NCBI GenBank assembly: GCA_963789955.1 | Contig: CAWBMV010000022.1 | Coordinates: forward strand, 96,001-160,000 | Direction of reading: 5' to 3' | Length of the DNA stretch: 64,000 nt | Source: an uncultured Candidatus Rokubacteria bacterium | GTDB lineage: Bacteria > Methylomirabilota > Methylomirabilia > Rokubacteriales > CSP1-6 | Shown here: positions 21,678-31,330 of the stretch, piece by piece | Layout of the letters: each line of letters begins with the position of its first letter | How positions within the stretch are numbered: the stretch's first letter is position 1 | Notes under the pieces: model-generated | Told to the model about the DNA's origin: nothing | The model's database searches: none | Seen by the model: the letters and a program-made list of their open reading frames with translations, nothing else | Translations under genes and position numbers: made by a program

Positions 21678-23240
21678 GTGACGACCACGACGGACAGCGA
21701 GACTCAGGTTCCCGGCGGCGCGCCGGCTGAGCGGCTCCGCGTTCTGCTGGTCGACGACAACGCGTCCGTGCTCCGGTTCCTGGCGTCCGCGTTCTCGTCG
21801 AACGGATGTCAGGTCACGACGGCGGGGACTGCCGAGCAAGCCCTCGAGCAGCTGAGCGACGATCCCTACGACCTCGTGGTGTCCGACATCAAGATGCCGG
21901 GCCTGAGCGGCCTCGACCTGCTCCGCGCGGTCAAGGGCAAGCAGCCCGGAACGCCGGTGGTGCTGATCACGGGCGTGCCCTCGGTCAACTCGGCCGTCTT
22001 CGGACTGCGGCACGGCGCCTACGACTATCTGCCCAAGCCCTTCTCGGTCACCGAGGTGAAGGAGCTCATCCGTCGTCTCCGGCGCGACCGGGCCGACGGC
22101 AACGGCAACGTCAACTACCCGGCCGGGCTCACCGAAGAGCTGGCTAGGCGCCAGGGCGGCGTCGAGGCGATCTCGCGTATCGGTGAGGTGGCCCTGCAGG
22201 GTCTCGAGCCGAGCGTGTTCGCCGAGAAGGTGGTCGAGTACACGATGCAGAGCCTTCGCTGCGACGGCGCGCTCATGCTGCTCCGCGATCAGGGCGGGCA
22301 GTTCAACGCGAGCCGCAAGGGCGAGCCGTCGATGGTCGGCCAAATCCTGGCGCTCCTCCAGGCATCGTTCGGCGACGTGGTCAAGACCGGCGGCCGCGAG
22401 ACGCTCGTGCTCACCAAGCGCGAGCACGGCTTCGAGGCGCTCGCCGCGATGGTCCCGGGCGTGGGCGACGCGATGGGCATTCTCTGCGTCGGCCGCGCCG
22501 CCGAGCACGGCGGCTTTCTGCCTGACGAGAAGGCGCTCCTGCTCGGGTACGCGCAGACCACGGCGGTCGCGCTCCAGAAGCTGCTGCTGCGCGAGAACCT
22601 CGAAAAGAACCTGATCGATACGATCTCGTCCTTCGTCATCGCGCTCGAGTCGAAGGATCCGTACCTCAAGGGCCACTCAGCACGCGTATCCCTGTACTCG
22701 GGTGAGCTCGCGACGGTCATGGGTGTCCCGTCGGCGGATGTGGTCATGATGAGCCGGGCCGGCATGCTGCACGACCTCGGCAAGCTCGTGATCATGGACA
22801 ATATTCTCCGCAAGCCCCGGCAGCTTACCGAAGAAGAGTTCGAGCTGATCCGTACCCATCCGGTCGTGGGCGACAAGATCCTGAAGCCGCTCCGGTTCCT
22901 CGCCTGCGAGGCGAAGGCGGTGCGTCATCACCACGAGCGGTACGACGGCAAGGGCTATCCGGACGGCCTCAAGGGCGATGACATCCCGCTCATCGCGCGG
23001 GTCGTGACGGTTGCTGACGCCTTCGATGCGATGACGTCGGACCGCCCCTATCGGAGCAAGCGGCCGCTGGCGACAGCGCTGGAGGAGATCGGCAGCGGCG
23101 CCGGCACCCAGTTCGACCCGACGGCCGCCGACGCGTTCCTGACGATCCCGCTGGCGCGCCTCGAGCAGATCAGCCAACATCTCGATCTGCGGTCGCCGGC
23201 GATCGACTCGCCGATCTCGCCGCTGCTGGAGGTCCATTGA
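21678..23240 (+). CDS. Response regulator with GAF-like and HD-GYP phosphodiesterase domains
   Basis: REC; GHS.RV, HDLGK, HHERYDGKGYP, VADAFDAMTSDRPYR. Confidence 0.93.
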   Translation: MTTTTDSETQVPGGAPAERLRVLLVDDNASVLRFLASAFSSNGCQVTTAGTAEQALEQLSDDPYDLVVSDIKMPGLSGLDLLRAVKGKQPGTPVVLITGVPSVNSAVFGLRHGAYDYLPKPFSVTEVKELIRRLRRDRADGNGNVNYPAGLTEELARRQGGVEAISRIGEVALQGLEPSVFAEKVVEYTMQSLRCDGALMLLRDQGGQFNASRKGEPSMVGQILALLQASFGDVVKTGGRETLVLTKREHGFEALAAMVPGVGDAMGILCVGRAAEHGGFLPDEKALLLGYAQTTAVALQKLLLRENLEKNLIDTISSFVIALESKDPYLKGHSARVSLYSGELATVMGVPSADVVMMSRAGMLHDLGKLVIMDNILRKPRQLTEEEFELIRTHPVVGDKILKPLRFLACEAKAVRHHHERYDGKGYPDGLKGDDIPLIARVVTVADAFDAMTSDRPYRSKRPLATALEEIGSGAGTQFDPTAADAFLTIPLARLEQISQHLDLRSPAIDSPISPLLEVH

Positions 23241-23617
23241 CCGAGAGCTCCCGGCCGAAGATCCTCGTCGTCGACGACGCGGGCCCCGTCGTGATCCTGT
23301 GCGTCAACGTGCTGCAGGCGCTGGGATACGCGATCAGGGCCGCCAATCGTGGCGAGACGGCGCTCGACCTCTGCCGCAAGGAGCTGTTCGATCTCCTGGT
23401 GGTCGACTACAAGATGCCCGGGATGAACGGCTTCGAGGTGCTCGAGCAGGCCCGCCGGATTCGTCCCGGCATGGCGTGCATGCTGATGACGGCACACGGC
23501 ACCCCCGACATCATCAACGAGGCGACTCGCCTCGGCTTCGACTACATCCTGTTGAAGCCCTTCACGCCGTCGGAGCTCCGAGGGGCCGTCGACAAGGTCC
23601 TCGCGAGCAAAGCCTAG
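23237..23617 (+). CDS. Single-domain response regulator
   Basis: VVDD, VDYKMPGMNG, MTAHG, KPF. Confidence 0.9.
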   Translation: MTESSRPKILVVDDAGPVVILCVNVLQALGYAIRAANRGETALDLCRKELFDLLVVDYKMPGMNGFEVLEQARRIRPGMACMLMTAHGTPDIINEATRLGFDYILLKPFTPSELRGAVDKVLASKA

Positions 23618-23628
23618 GAGATCGCAGG

Positions 23629-24426
23629 GTGCCGCCGAGCGCGCCCGCGATCCTGAAGGCGGAAGCGGCCGGAACGACCATCATGAAAGCGGCGGCCGAT
23701 GCGCTGCGCGGGTGGTTGGATCGCATGCTCTCAGTCGGCTACGGCGTGGTCTACGACTACGTCTACCCGCGCTTCAGCCACTATCAGCGACTCCAGGCGG
23801 AGGTGCGAGATCTGGTGGAAGCCGCGGTTCCCGCGCGAGTCGAGCGGCGCGACGTGCGGATACTGGAAGTGGCGTGCGGGCCGGGAAACTTCACCTGCGC
23901 GCTGGCCGAGGCCGGCTTCGCCGTCACCGGGCTCGACGCGTACGCCGCGCTCGTCGACGTGGCGAAGGAGAAGCGGCGCGCTCGCCACTTGGCCAACCTG
24001 GCCTTCCGTCACGGCGAGCTCACGCGGGGCAACACGTTCCGCGACGGGACCTTCGATCAGGTCGTCAGCATCCACTCCTTGTACGTTCATCCGGCGCCGG
24101 ATCGGCTGTTGCGCGAGGCCTATCGCGTCCTCAAGCCAGGGGGCCACGCCGTGTTCGTGAATCACACGCGACAGATCGGCCGGTGGTCCACCGTGCGCGA
24201 GCTCGCCCGCCGGGATGGCCTGGGCGCGGCGCTCCACGGCCTTCTGTGGGTGCTGCCCAATTCGATCTTCGAGGCGGTACGCCGACGGGTCGGCCCTCAC
24301 TACTGGGACGAAGACACGTTTTCCACGCAGGTGCGCCGTTCAGGGTTCTCGATCCTGGCGATGCGACGGACGTTTCTCGGAGACGCGAGCCTCCTGGTGT
24401 GGGCGCGGAAGAACGGTGAGAACTGA
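23629..24426 (+). CDS. Class I SAM-dependent methyltransferase
   Basis: ILEVACGPG, FDQVVS.H.LY, RVLKPGG; start GTG 23629 or ATG 23683. Confidence 0.88.
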   Translation: MPPSAPAILKAEAAGTTIMKAAADALRGWLDRMLSVGYGVVYDYVYPRFSHYQRLQAEVRDLVEAAVPARVERRDVRILEVACGPGNFTCALAEAGFAVTGLDAYAALVDVAKEKRRARHLANLAFRHGELTRGNTFRDGTFDQVVSIHSLYVHPAPDRLLREAYRVLKPGGHAVFVNHTRQIGRWSTVRELARRDGLGAALHGLLWVLPNSIFEAVRRRVGPHYWDEDTFSTQVRRSGFSILAMRRTFLGDASLLVWARKNGEN

Positions 24427-25224
24427 ATGAATCGCGGAGAGATCGCGCAACACCAATCGCAACCCCTCGCCGGCGTTTCGCCGGTCGCGGCCGCGGTGGG
24501 GGCGGGAGATCGTATGCCCTTTCGGGAAGCGCTCGAGCACATGATTGCCGTCACGTACGGCGTCACGTACGACGCCGTGGTGACGCATTTCCCGCCTTAC
24601 GAGGCGATGCTCGAGGAGATCGTCGCGTTCGTCGCCCGCTCGGCCCCGGACTCGACCGCGCCGCGCGCGACCCGCGTGCTGGACGTGGCGTGCGGGATCG
24701 GCAACGTGAGCCTCCGCCTGGCCAAAGAGGGCTACACCGTCGTCGGCATCGACGGCGTGAGACACCTGGTCGAGATCGCGCGCGAGAAGAGCTTCCCGCG
24801 CGGGACGAACCTGACCTTCCAGCACTTCGACATCGCGCGCGACAACGTGCCGGGCGCCGGAACATTCGACGTGCTGGTGAGCATGCACACGCTGTACTGG
24901 CATCCGAATCCGACGGCGCTCCTCGACTCGTGTCGGCGGGCGCTGAAGCCAGGCGGCCACGCGATCTTCCTGACCTACGGGCGCCCGGCCGGCCTCACGA
25001 CGTTCCACGACGTCCGCGCATCCCAGGGGCTTGGCGCGGCGGTCCGATCGCTGCGCTGGCTCCTGCCGACCATGGCGTTCGAGCTCTTCCGGGAGAGCGA
25101 GCACCGCTATCTGAGCGCGACCGAGTTTCATGAGACTCTCGGCCGCGCCGGCTTCGAAGTCCTCGAGGCCCGCCAGACGTTCCTGTCGGGTCTCAGCCGT
25201 CTCGCGTGGTGCCGCGCGAAGTGA
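24427..25224 (+). CDS. Class I SAM-dependent methyltransferase (paralog of the upstream gene)
   Basis: VLDVACGIG, FDVLVS.H.LY, RALKPGG. Confidence 0.88.
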   Translation: MNRGEIAQHQSQPLAGVSPVAAAVGAGDRMPFREALEHMIAVTYGVTYDAVVTHFPPYEAMLEEIVAFVARSAPDSTAPRATRVLDVACGIGNVSLRLAKEGYTVVGIDGVRHLVEIAREKSFPRGTNLTFQHFDIARDNVPGAGTFDVLVSMHTLYWHPNPTALLDSCRRALKPGGHAIFLTYGRPAGLTTFHDVRASQGLGAAVRSLRWLLPTMAFELFRESEHRYLSATEFHETLGRAGFEVLEARQTFLSGLSRLAWCRAK

Positions 25225-25310
25225 GCGCGACCGAGGTGATGGTGGCGCGGTGCATCGCTGGCGAAGCACCGGGGCTCGTCCCGGACTCCGTGACGACGAG
25301 GTGCCGTACG

Positions 25311-26009
25311 ATGTGGACGCGCGTGAGCTCGATGGTGCTGGTGACCGCGGTGATGCTGGTGGGACCGGCGCTCGGGACGAGCGAGGCCACGCATGGCGGC
25401 GACGGCTCTCGGCCGGACGCCGTTTTCTACGAGCTGACGGAGGAAGTGGTGCTCAGGCCGGACGGCTTCCGCGACGCAACCTCCGCGCTCGAGGGCAAGG
25501 CCCGGGAAGGATCGGCGCTCTGTCCGGATGGGCTCCAGGCGTACGCGAAGCAGTTCTTCCCCGAGGCCGTCGCCGTGAAGACGACCCCCCGCTGCCGGGT
25601 CGTCGCGATCGGTCGCAGCGTGATCGACGTGAACCCCGACAGTCCCGGATTCGGCAGCGGGGAGATCAGCGGGTACTTCTGGGTGGTGGTCAACAGCGTG
25701 GCGACGAATCTGACCGACGCGGCGGAGCTCGTCGTCATGAACGGTACCTTCACGGGCCAGATCCAGGTGGCGGATACGGACGGTCGGATCATCGAAATCC
25801 TGCCGGGGAGCGTGTTCACGCCGACCAGCGTGTTGCCCGGGTTCCCACGCCCGCACAATGCGCACGTTCACCGGCACGTTCCGGCTGCCCGTTCACCGTC
25901 CATCACGTCGCGGTGTACCAGAGCGATCGCGGGACGGTTGGTGCCGGTGCTGCCCGACGAGCGCGCACTCGGCGACCCGACCGTGCGCGTCGAGGTGGAC
26001 TTCGATTAA
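25311..26009 (+). CDS. Secreted hypothetical protein (paralog of 31331..32032); apparent compensating indels ~25855-25925
   Basis: Signal peptide; shares PDAV.YE.TE, LCP, TDA.E.V.M.GTF.G and ER.LG.P.VR.E..F with the paralog. Confidence 0.78.
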   Translation: MWTRVSSMVLVTAVMLVGPALGTSEATHGGDGSRPDAVFYELTEEVVLRPDGFRDATSALEGKAREGSALCPDGLQAYAKQFFPEAVAVKTTPRCRVVAIGRSVIDVNPDSPGFGSGEISGYFWVVVNSVATNLTDAAELVVMNGTFTGQIQVADTDGRIIEILPGSVFTPTSVLPGFPRPHNAHVHRHVPAARSPSITSRCTRAIAGRLVPVLPDERALGDPTVRVEVDFD

Positions 26010-26030
26010 CGCACTGGCACTGCTAGGGGA

Positions 26031-26708
26031 ATGATCGCCGTGGAAGAGATGCCGTCCGTGTCACGGAGGCCCGACGCGAGAAGGGCGCGCCGCACGGGTG
26101 TGGTCTCGCGGGGCATGCGCGTCTATCTGCGGACCTTGCGCCCCGAGGACCTCGAGTATCTCTCGAACTGGGCGGAGGATCCGTTCCTCGAACGCATGGT
26201 CGGCAGCGAGTTCCTGAACACCTACAAGCACGTCTACGACAAGGACCCCTCGTTCTACGAGGCGTGCCTCATGGATTCGACCCAGATCGTGCTCGTCATC
26301 GAGGCCGAACCCGAATGGGCCACGCCGCTCGGGATCGCGCGCCTGTTCAACATTCATCTTCTGGAAGGCTACGCGTTCCTGGAGGTGATGCTGACCGACG
26401 CGAAGGCGATCCGTCGGGGATTTGGGGTGGAGGCCGGCAAGCTGATCTCGTACTATGGGGTCGACGTGCTGGGGCTTCGACGTATCGAGGCCAAAGTGTA
26501 CGAATACAATCGGCTGAGCGCCAACTCGCTACGGCGCAATGGCTTCCGGCAGGAGGGCATCCTCCGCAAGGCCGGATACCAGGATGGTCAGTGCTGGGAC
26601 ATGCTCGTCTTCGGCATCCTGGAACAGGAGATCGAACAGCAGCGCAAGAAGGACCGGGTGTATCTCCCTCTCGACGGTCCCGAGGGGGACGCGCGTGACG
26701 CTACATAA
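26031..26708 (+). CDS. GNAT N-acyltransferase (RimJ/RimL/SpeG-like)
   Basis: RRGFGVEA, LRRIEAKV..YN..S, GFRQEG.LR; start may be ATG 26115. Confidence 0.88.
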   Translation: MIAVEEMPSVSRRPDARRARRTGVVSRGMRVYLRTLRPEDLEYLSNWAEDPFLERMVGSEFLNTYKHVYDKDPSFYEACLMDSTQIVLVIEAEPEWATPLGIARLFNIHLLEGYAFLEVMLTDAKAIRRGFGVEAGKLISYYGVDVLGLRRIEAKVYEYNRLSANSLRRNGFRQEGILRKAGYQDGQCWDMLVFGILEQEIEQQRKKDRVYLPLDGPEGDARDAT

Positions 26709-28815
26709 CTTCCTCCCGCTCCTCGCGCTGATCCTCAACGTCTCCCTCGCGGGGATCACGCTCCTGCGCAACTCCGGGAGCCGGCTGAACCGTCTGTTCG
26801 CGTACTTCGTGGGCGGGATGGCCGTCTGGAACCTGGGCGTCTTCATGCTGCGCCGCGCGCCGGACGAGCCGACGGCCGTGTTCTGGGAGATCGTGATCCA
26901 CACGGGAGTCATCGCGCTCCCGGCCTTCTACTACCACTTCGTCCTGATCTTCCTCGAGAGCACGACGCGCCATCGAACCTCGCTGGTCGTGGCCTACACG
27001 CTCGCGATCGTGTTCAACATCATCAACGTCAGCGGCTCGCCGCTCTTCATGAGCGGCGTGAAGTCGACGTACTGGGGATGGGCGCCGGCGACCGGCCCGC
27101 TCTACACGCCGTTCTTCATCTACTTCAACTTCTTCCTGATCTACGGCTTGCTGCACCTGATCCGGGTCTACAAGGACATCGAATCGAGCTTCCGCCGAAA
27201 CCGCGCGACGCTCATCCTGCTCGGCACCGGCGTGAGCCTGATCGGCGGCGTCATCGACTTCGCCCGGTTCATCCTCACGCGGTTCGTGCCGGCGGCGGAC
27301 CTCGTGTACCCGATGGGGATCCCGGCGAACATGATCTTCGCGCTGATGCTCGGCACGTCGATCGTTCGCTACCGTCTCTTCGACGTCAACGTGCTGGTGA
27401 AGAAGGGCGCGATCTATCTGCTCCTGTGGGGCGTGCTGACCGGCACCCTGGTCACGGCGGAGTCGTACGCCGACTGGGATCAAGTCAACCCGCTCTGGGT
27501 CATCCTGCCGCTCGGCTTCATCTTGACGATGCTGGTGAGCCCGATCGGCCAGCGGCTCGAGGAGCGCATCGAGCGCCTGATGTTCAGCCGGCGCCGGGGT
27601 TGCTACGAGACCTTGCTGGACCTCAGCAAGCGGATGGGCTCGATCCTCGATTTCGGCCGCCTCATGGAGACGCTCGTGCACGGCCTCGTGCGCGGGGTCC
27701 CGCTGACCCACTGCGTCCTGATGATCTTCGACCCGCAGCGTAGCGCGTTCGTCGTCTACCGCGAGGACACGACGGTCGGTGAGGGCGCCGGCATCGCGTC
27801 GATCCGGGTCGACAGCCCGATCGTCCAGTGGCTGAACCAGAAGGGCCGCGTGCTGGTCAAGGAAGAGGCGAAGCTCAATCCCGAGATCGCCGCCTACTTC
27901 GAGACGGCCGAGAACGAGCTCGACGCGATCAAGGCGGCGCTGATCGTGCCGCTGAAGATCGAGGGCAAGCTCACCGGTATCCTGCTGGTCGGCGAGAAGC
28001 TCTCCGGCGACATCTTCGACGATCAAGAGCTCGAAGTGCTCGCGGTGCTCGCCAACCAGGTCGCGATCTCGCTGGAGAATGCGCGGCTCTACGAAGAGCT
28101 CTCGAACTCCAACGCCCAGCTCATGCAGGCCAGCCGGCTGAAGTCCCAGTTCCTGGCGAGCATGTCGCACGAGCTCCGGACCCCGCTGAACTCGATCATC
28201 GGGTTCTCGAAGGTGCTGCTCAACCGGCTCGACGGCGAGCTCACCGAGCGGCAGGAGACCTACATTCGCTCGGTCCACAACAGCGGCGCGCACCTCCTGC
28301 AGCTGATCAACGGCATTCTGGACTTCTCCCGTATCGAAGCGGGCAAGCTCGAGATGCTGTCCGAAGAGATCGACCTGCACGAGCTCGTCGACGAATGCAT
28401 CGAGTCGTCGATGCCGCTGGGCCGCGGCAAGCAGCTCAAGATCGAGAAGAACGTGCCGCTCGAGCTGCCGCCGCTGTCGGCCGACCGCACGAAGCTCAAG
28501 CAGATCCTGCTCAATCTGCTCTCGAACGCGATCAAGTTCACCGCGCAGGGTCGGGTGCTGGTCAGTGTCGTCGCCGAGCCGGACGCCGTCCGGCTCAGCG
28601 TGGCCGACACCGGCATCGGGATCCGCGAGGACGACCTGGCGCGGCTGTTCGAGCCGTTCCAGCAGCTCGACAACCCGGTCGCCCGCAGCGCCGGAGGCAC
28701 GGGCCTCGGGCTGGCGATCAGCAAGAAGTTCGTCGAGCTCCACGGCGGCCGCATCTGGGCGGAGAGCCGTGAGAACCAGGGCTCGACGTTCCATTTCACG
28801 CTCCCGTTGATCTGA
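26695..28815 (+). CDS. Membrane sensor histidine kinase (7TM-type N-terminus, GAF, HisKA, HATPase)
   Basis: Seven to nine hydrophobic helices, IVRYRLFD, GAF, MSHELRTPLN, NLLSNAIKF, GGTGLGL. Confidence 0.92.
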   Translation: MTLHNFLPLLALILNVSLAGITLLRNSGSRLNRLFAYFVGGMAVWNLGVFMLRRAPDEPTAVFWEIVIHTGVIALPAFYYHFVLIFLESTTRHRTSLVVAYTLAIVFNIINVSGSPLFMSGVKSTYWGWAPATGPLYTPFFIYFNFFLIYGLLHLIRVYKDIESSFRRNRATLILLGTGVSLIGGVIDFARFILTRFVPAADLVYPMGIPANMIFALMLGTSIVRYRLFDVNVLVKKGAIYLLLWGVLTGTLVTAESYADWDQVNPLWVILPLGFILTMLVSPIGQRLEERIERLMFSRRRGCYETLLDLSKRMGSILDFGRLMETLVHGLVRGVPLTHCVLMIFDPQRSAFVVYREDTTVGEGAGIASIRVDSPIVQWLNQKGRVLVKEEAKLNPEIAAYFETAENELDAIKAALIVPLKIEGKLTGILLVGEKLSGDIFDDQELEVLAVLANQVAISLENARLYEELSNSNAQLMQASRLKSQFLASMSHELRTPLNSIIGFSKVLLNRLDGELTERQETYIRSVHNSGAHLLQLINGILDFSRIEAGKLEMLSEEIDLHELVDECIESSMPLGRGKQLKIEKNVPLELPPLSADRTKLKQILLNLLSNAIKFTAQGRVLVSVVAEPDAVRLSVADTGIGIREDDLARLFEPFQQLDNPVARSAGGTGLGLAISKKFVELHGGRIWAESRENQGSTFHFTLPLI

Positions 28816-28831
28816 GGAGAAGAGGCGCCGA

Positions 28832-31039
28832 ATGCCGGCACGTCCAGCCCCAGCCGATCAGAAGGTGAAGATCCTCTACATCGAGGACAACCGCGAGAAC
28901 CGGATGCTCGTCCGGGCGGTGCTCGAGGCAGCGGGTTACCTGATCGTCGACGCCGAGGACGGCCTGGCCGGGATCGAGGCGGCCATCCGCGAGGAGCCGG
29001 CGCTGATCCTGCTCGACATCAACCTGCCGGGGGTCGACGGCTACGAGATCGTCGCGATCTTGAAGTCGTTCCCGAATCTGGCCTCGACGCCGGTGATCGC
29101 GGTCACGGCGTACGCGATGCAGGGCGATCGGCAGCGCACCCTGGTGGCCGGCTGCGACGGCTACATCCAGAAGCCCATCGACGTCGACGCGTTCCCCCGC
29201 CAGGTCGCCGAGTTCCTGGGGGGCAAGCGCGAACGAGTCGAGAGCCACGACGAAGGCGTCTACCTGCGCGAGCTGAACCAGCGGCTCGTCTACCGCCTGC
29301 TCAATCAGGTCGAGGAGCTCAAGCGGCTGAATCAGCACTTCGTGCGGCGCGCCTCACAGCTCGAGGATCTCCACCGCTCGATGGAAGACATCACCTCCGA
29401 GCTGGGCGTCGCCGCGATGCTCGAGAAGCTTCTGGGCGGCCTCGCCCGCGCGGTCGGCAGCACCAGCCTCAGCGTCGAGCTCAGCGAGCCCCCGGGCATT
29501 CACGTCTCCGTGCGCCATGACACCGGAGCTCAGCCGCGGGGCGTGCTGGCCGGCTCGGGCGGCCCGTCGGCGGACGACTGGACCGAAGTCGAGTGGCGGC
29601 TGCCCCTCACGGTGCGCGGTCGCCCCCTCGGGGTGATGATCGCCCGGCACGTGCTGCCTCCCGGCGCGAAGGCCGACGAGGAACAGCTCCTGAAGATCGT
29701 CGCCGACCAGGTGGCGATCGCCGTCGAGAACGCGCGGCTGTACGAAGGCGTCAAGCTCCTCCACGAGGAAACGCAGGAGCGCTTGCGCCACACGGAGACC
29801 TTGCTCGCGGTGAGCCAGGACGCCAGCGCGACCCTGGAGCTGAACGAGATCTTGCGCCGCACGACGCGCGCGATGGTCCGGGCGCTCGGCGCCGATACCG
29901 GCGGAGCGTGGCTCCAAAGCGAAGACGGAAGCCGCTTCGTGCCGATCGTCGGCTATCACGTGCCCAAGGAGCTCCTCGGGGCGGTCGAGAGCGCCACGCT
30001 CAAGGCGCTCGATCCCCGCGTGAGCGACTGGCGGCGGGTCGAGGGCCCGGTGTACTCCAGCAACAGCCAGGAGGACGCGCGCTTCGATCATCCGCTCGCG
30101 CGCATGATTCCGCACAAGTCGGTCCTCATCCAGCCGATGCGCTGGAAGGGCGAGAGCATCGGCGGATTCGCGCTCGCGTGGCTGAAGGATCATCACCGCT
30201 TCACCTCGGACGAGCTGCGGCTCGCCGAGGCGATCGCGCTCCAGGCGGCCGTCGCCAGCGAGAACTCGCGGCTCTACGAGGCCGAAAAGCAGCAGGTGGC
30301 CGAGCTCAAGCGGACGCAGGCCCAGCTGATCCAGTCGACGAAGCTCGCCGCGATCGGCGAGCTGGCCGCCAACATCGCGCACGAGATCAACAACCCGCTG
30401 ACCAGCGTGCTCGGCTTCGCGTCGTATCTCGCCGAGCAGGTGCCGCCCGGTCAGCCGTGGCGCGAGGAGCTCGATCTCATCCAGGAGGAAGCGGGGCGCG
30501 CCCGTGACATCGTGCGGGACCTGCTGCACTTCAGTCGCCAGCGTGAGTTCATCCCGCAGATCACCGATCTCAACACCGTGCTGGAGCAGACGCTGGCCAT
30601 GGTGCGTCGCCAGGGCGCGCTGGAGTCGATCACGCTCCGCGAGGAGTACGCGTCGGGCCTGGCTCCGGTCGAGGTCGACGTCCCGCGTATCAAGCAGGTG
30701 TTCCTGAATCTCATCAACAACGCGGTCTACGTGATGAAGGATCGCGGCGGCTCGCTCACGATCCGATCGTCGGCCAGCGGCGACATGGTGCAGGTCGAGG
30801 TGATCGATACCGGAACCGGCATCGCGCCGGACCACATGCATCGCATCTTCGAGCCGTTCTTCACGACCAAGCCGGAAGTCAGCGGCACGGGCCTGGGCCT
30901 CTCCGTGAGTCTCGGCATCGTGGAGAGCCACGGCGGCTCGATCGAAGTTCAGAGCGAGGTCGGCAAGGGCTCGACGTTCACGGTCAAGCTTCCGGCAAAG
31001 CCCGGCGCGACGATCGAAGAGCCGGATTCCGAGCTCTAG
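28832..31039 (+). CDS. Hybrid kinase REC-GAF-GAF-HisKA-HATPase
   Basis: DivK-like REC (AVTAYAM.GD...GCDGYI.KP); AHEINNPL; FEPFFTTK; GTGLGL. Confidence 0.92.
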   Translation: MPARPAPADQKVKILYIEDNRENRMLVRAVLEAAGYLIVDAEDGLAGIEAAIREEPALILLDINLPGVDGYEIVAILKSFPNLASTPVIAVTAYAMQGDRQRTLVAGCDGYIQKPIDVDAFPRQVAEFLGGKRERVESHDEGVYLRELNQRLVYRLLNQVEELKRLNQHFVRRASQLEDLHRSMEDITSELGVAAMLEKLLGGLARAVGSTSLSVELSEPPGIHVSVRHDTGAQPRGVLAGSGGPSADDWTEVEWRLPLTVRGRPLGVMIARHVLPPGAKADEEQLLKIVADQVAIAVENARLYEGVKLLHEETQERLRHTETLLAVSQDASATLELNEILRRTTRAMVRALGADTGGAWLQSEDGSRFVPIVGYHVPKELLGAVESATLKALDPRVSDWRRVEGPVYSSNSQEDARFDHPLARMIPHKSVLIQPMRWKGESIGGFALAWLKDHHRFTSDELRLAEAIALQAAVASENSRLYEAEKQQVAELKRTQAQLIQSTKLAAIGELAANIAHEINNPLTSVLGFASYLAEQVPPGQPWREELDLIQEEAGRARDIVRDLLHFSRQREFIPQITDLNTVLEQTLAMVRRQGALESITLREEYASGLAPVEVDVPRIKQVFLNLINNAVYVMKDRGGSLTIRSSASGDMVQVEVIDTGTGIAPDHMHRIFEPFFTTKPEVSGTGLGLSVSLGIVESHGGSIEVQSEVGKGSTFTVKLPAKPGATIEEPDSEL

Positions 31040-31172
31040 ACGCGAGCCGGTTCTCTCCGAGCCTCGTTAAGTTTCTATTCGCTAGCACGTTCCTCGGCAA
31101 TCGCTCGTAAGCTGTTGAATTCCATGAGAACTCACTGGTAAAAACGCGATTTCCGGATGAAAAACGACAATA

Positions 31173-31240
31173 AATCAATCACTTACGGATATTAAACTCC
31201 GGAAAGACCAGCACCGAAATCTAATCTAATCAGTAACTTA
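31173..31240 (+). promoter_or_regulatory. IHF-like binding sites
   Basis: AATCAATCACTTA (31173) matches WATCAANNNNTTR exactly; AATCAGTAACTTA (31228) has one mismatch. Confidence 0.55.
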
Positions 31241-31254
31241 CGAATCAAATCTCG

Positions 31255-31271
31255 TTGGTCCCCGCCTTGCA
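31255..31271 (+). promoter_or_regulatory. Putative sigma54 promoter
   Basis: TTGGTCCCCGCCTTGCA (GG-N10-GC), closely resembling the site at 20143. Confidence 0.68.
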
Positions 31272-31330
31272 CTACCTCCCGTTGGCTGTAGCTGTTCAAC
31301 CCTTAGATGCGGCGACGAGGAGAGAGAGCA

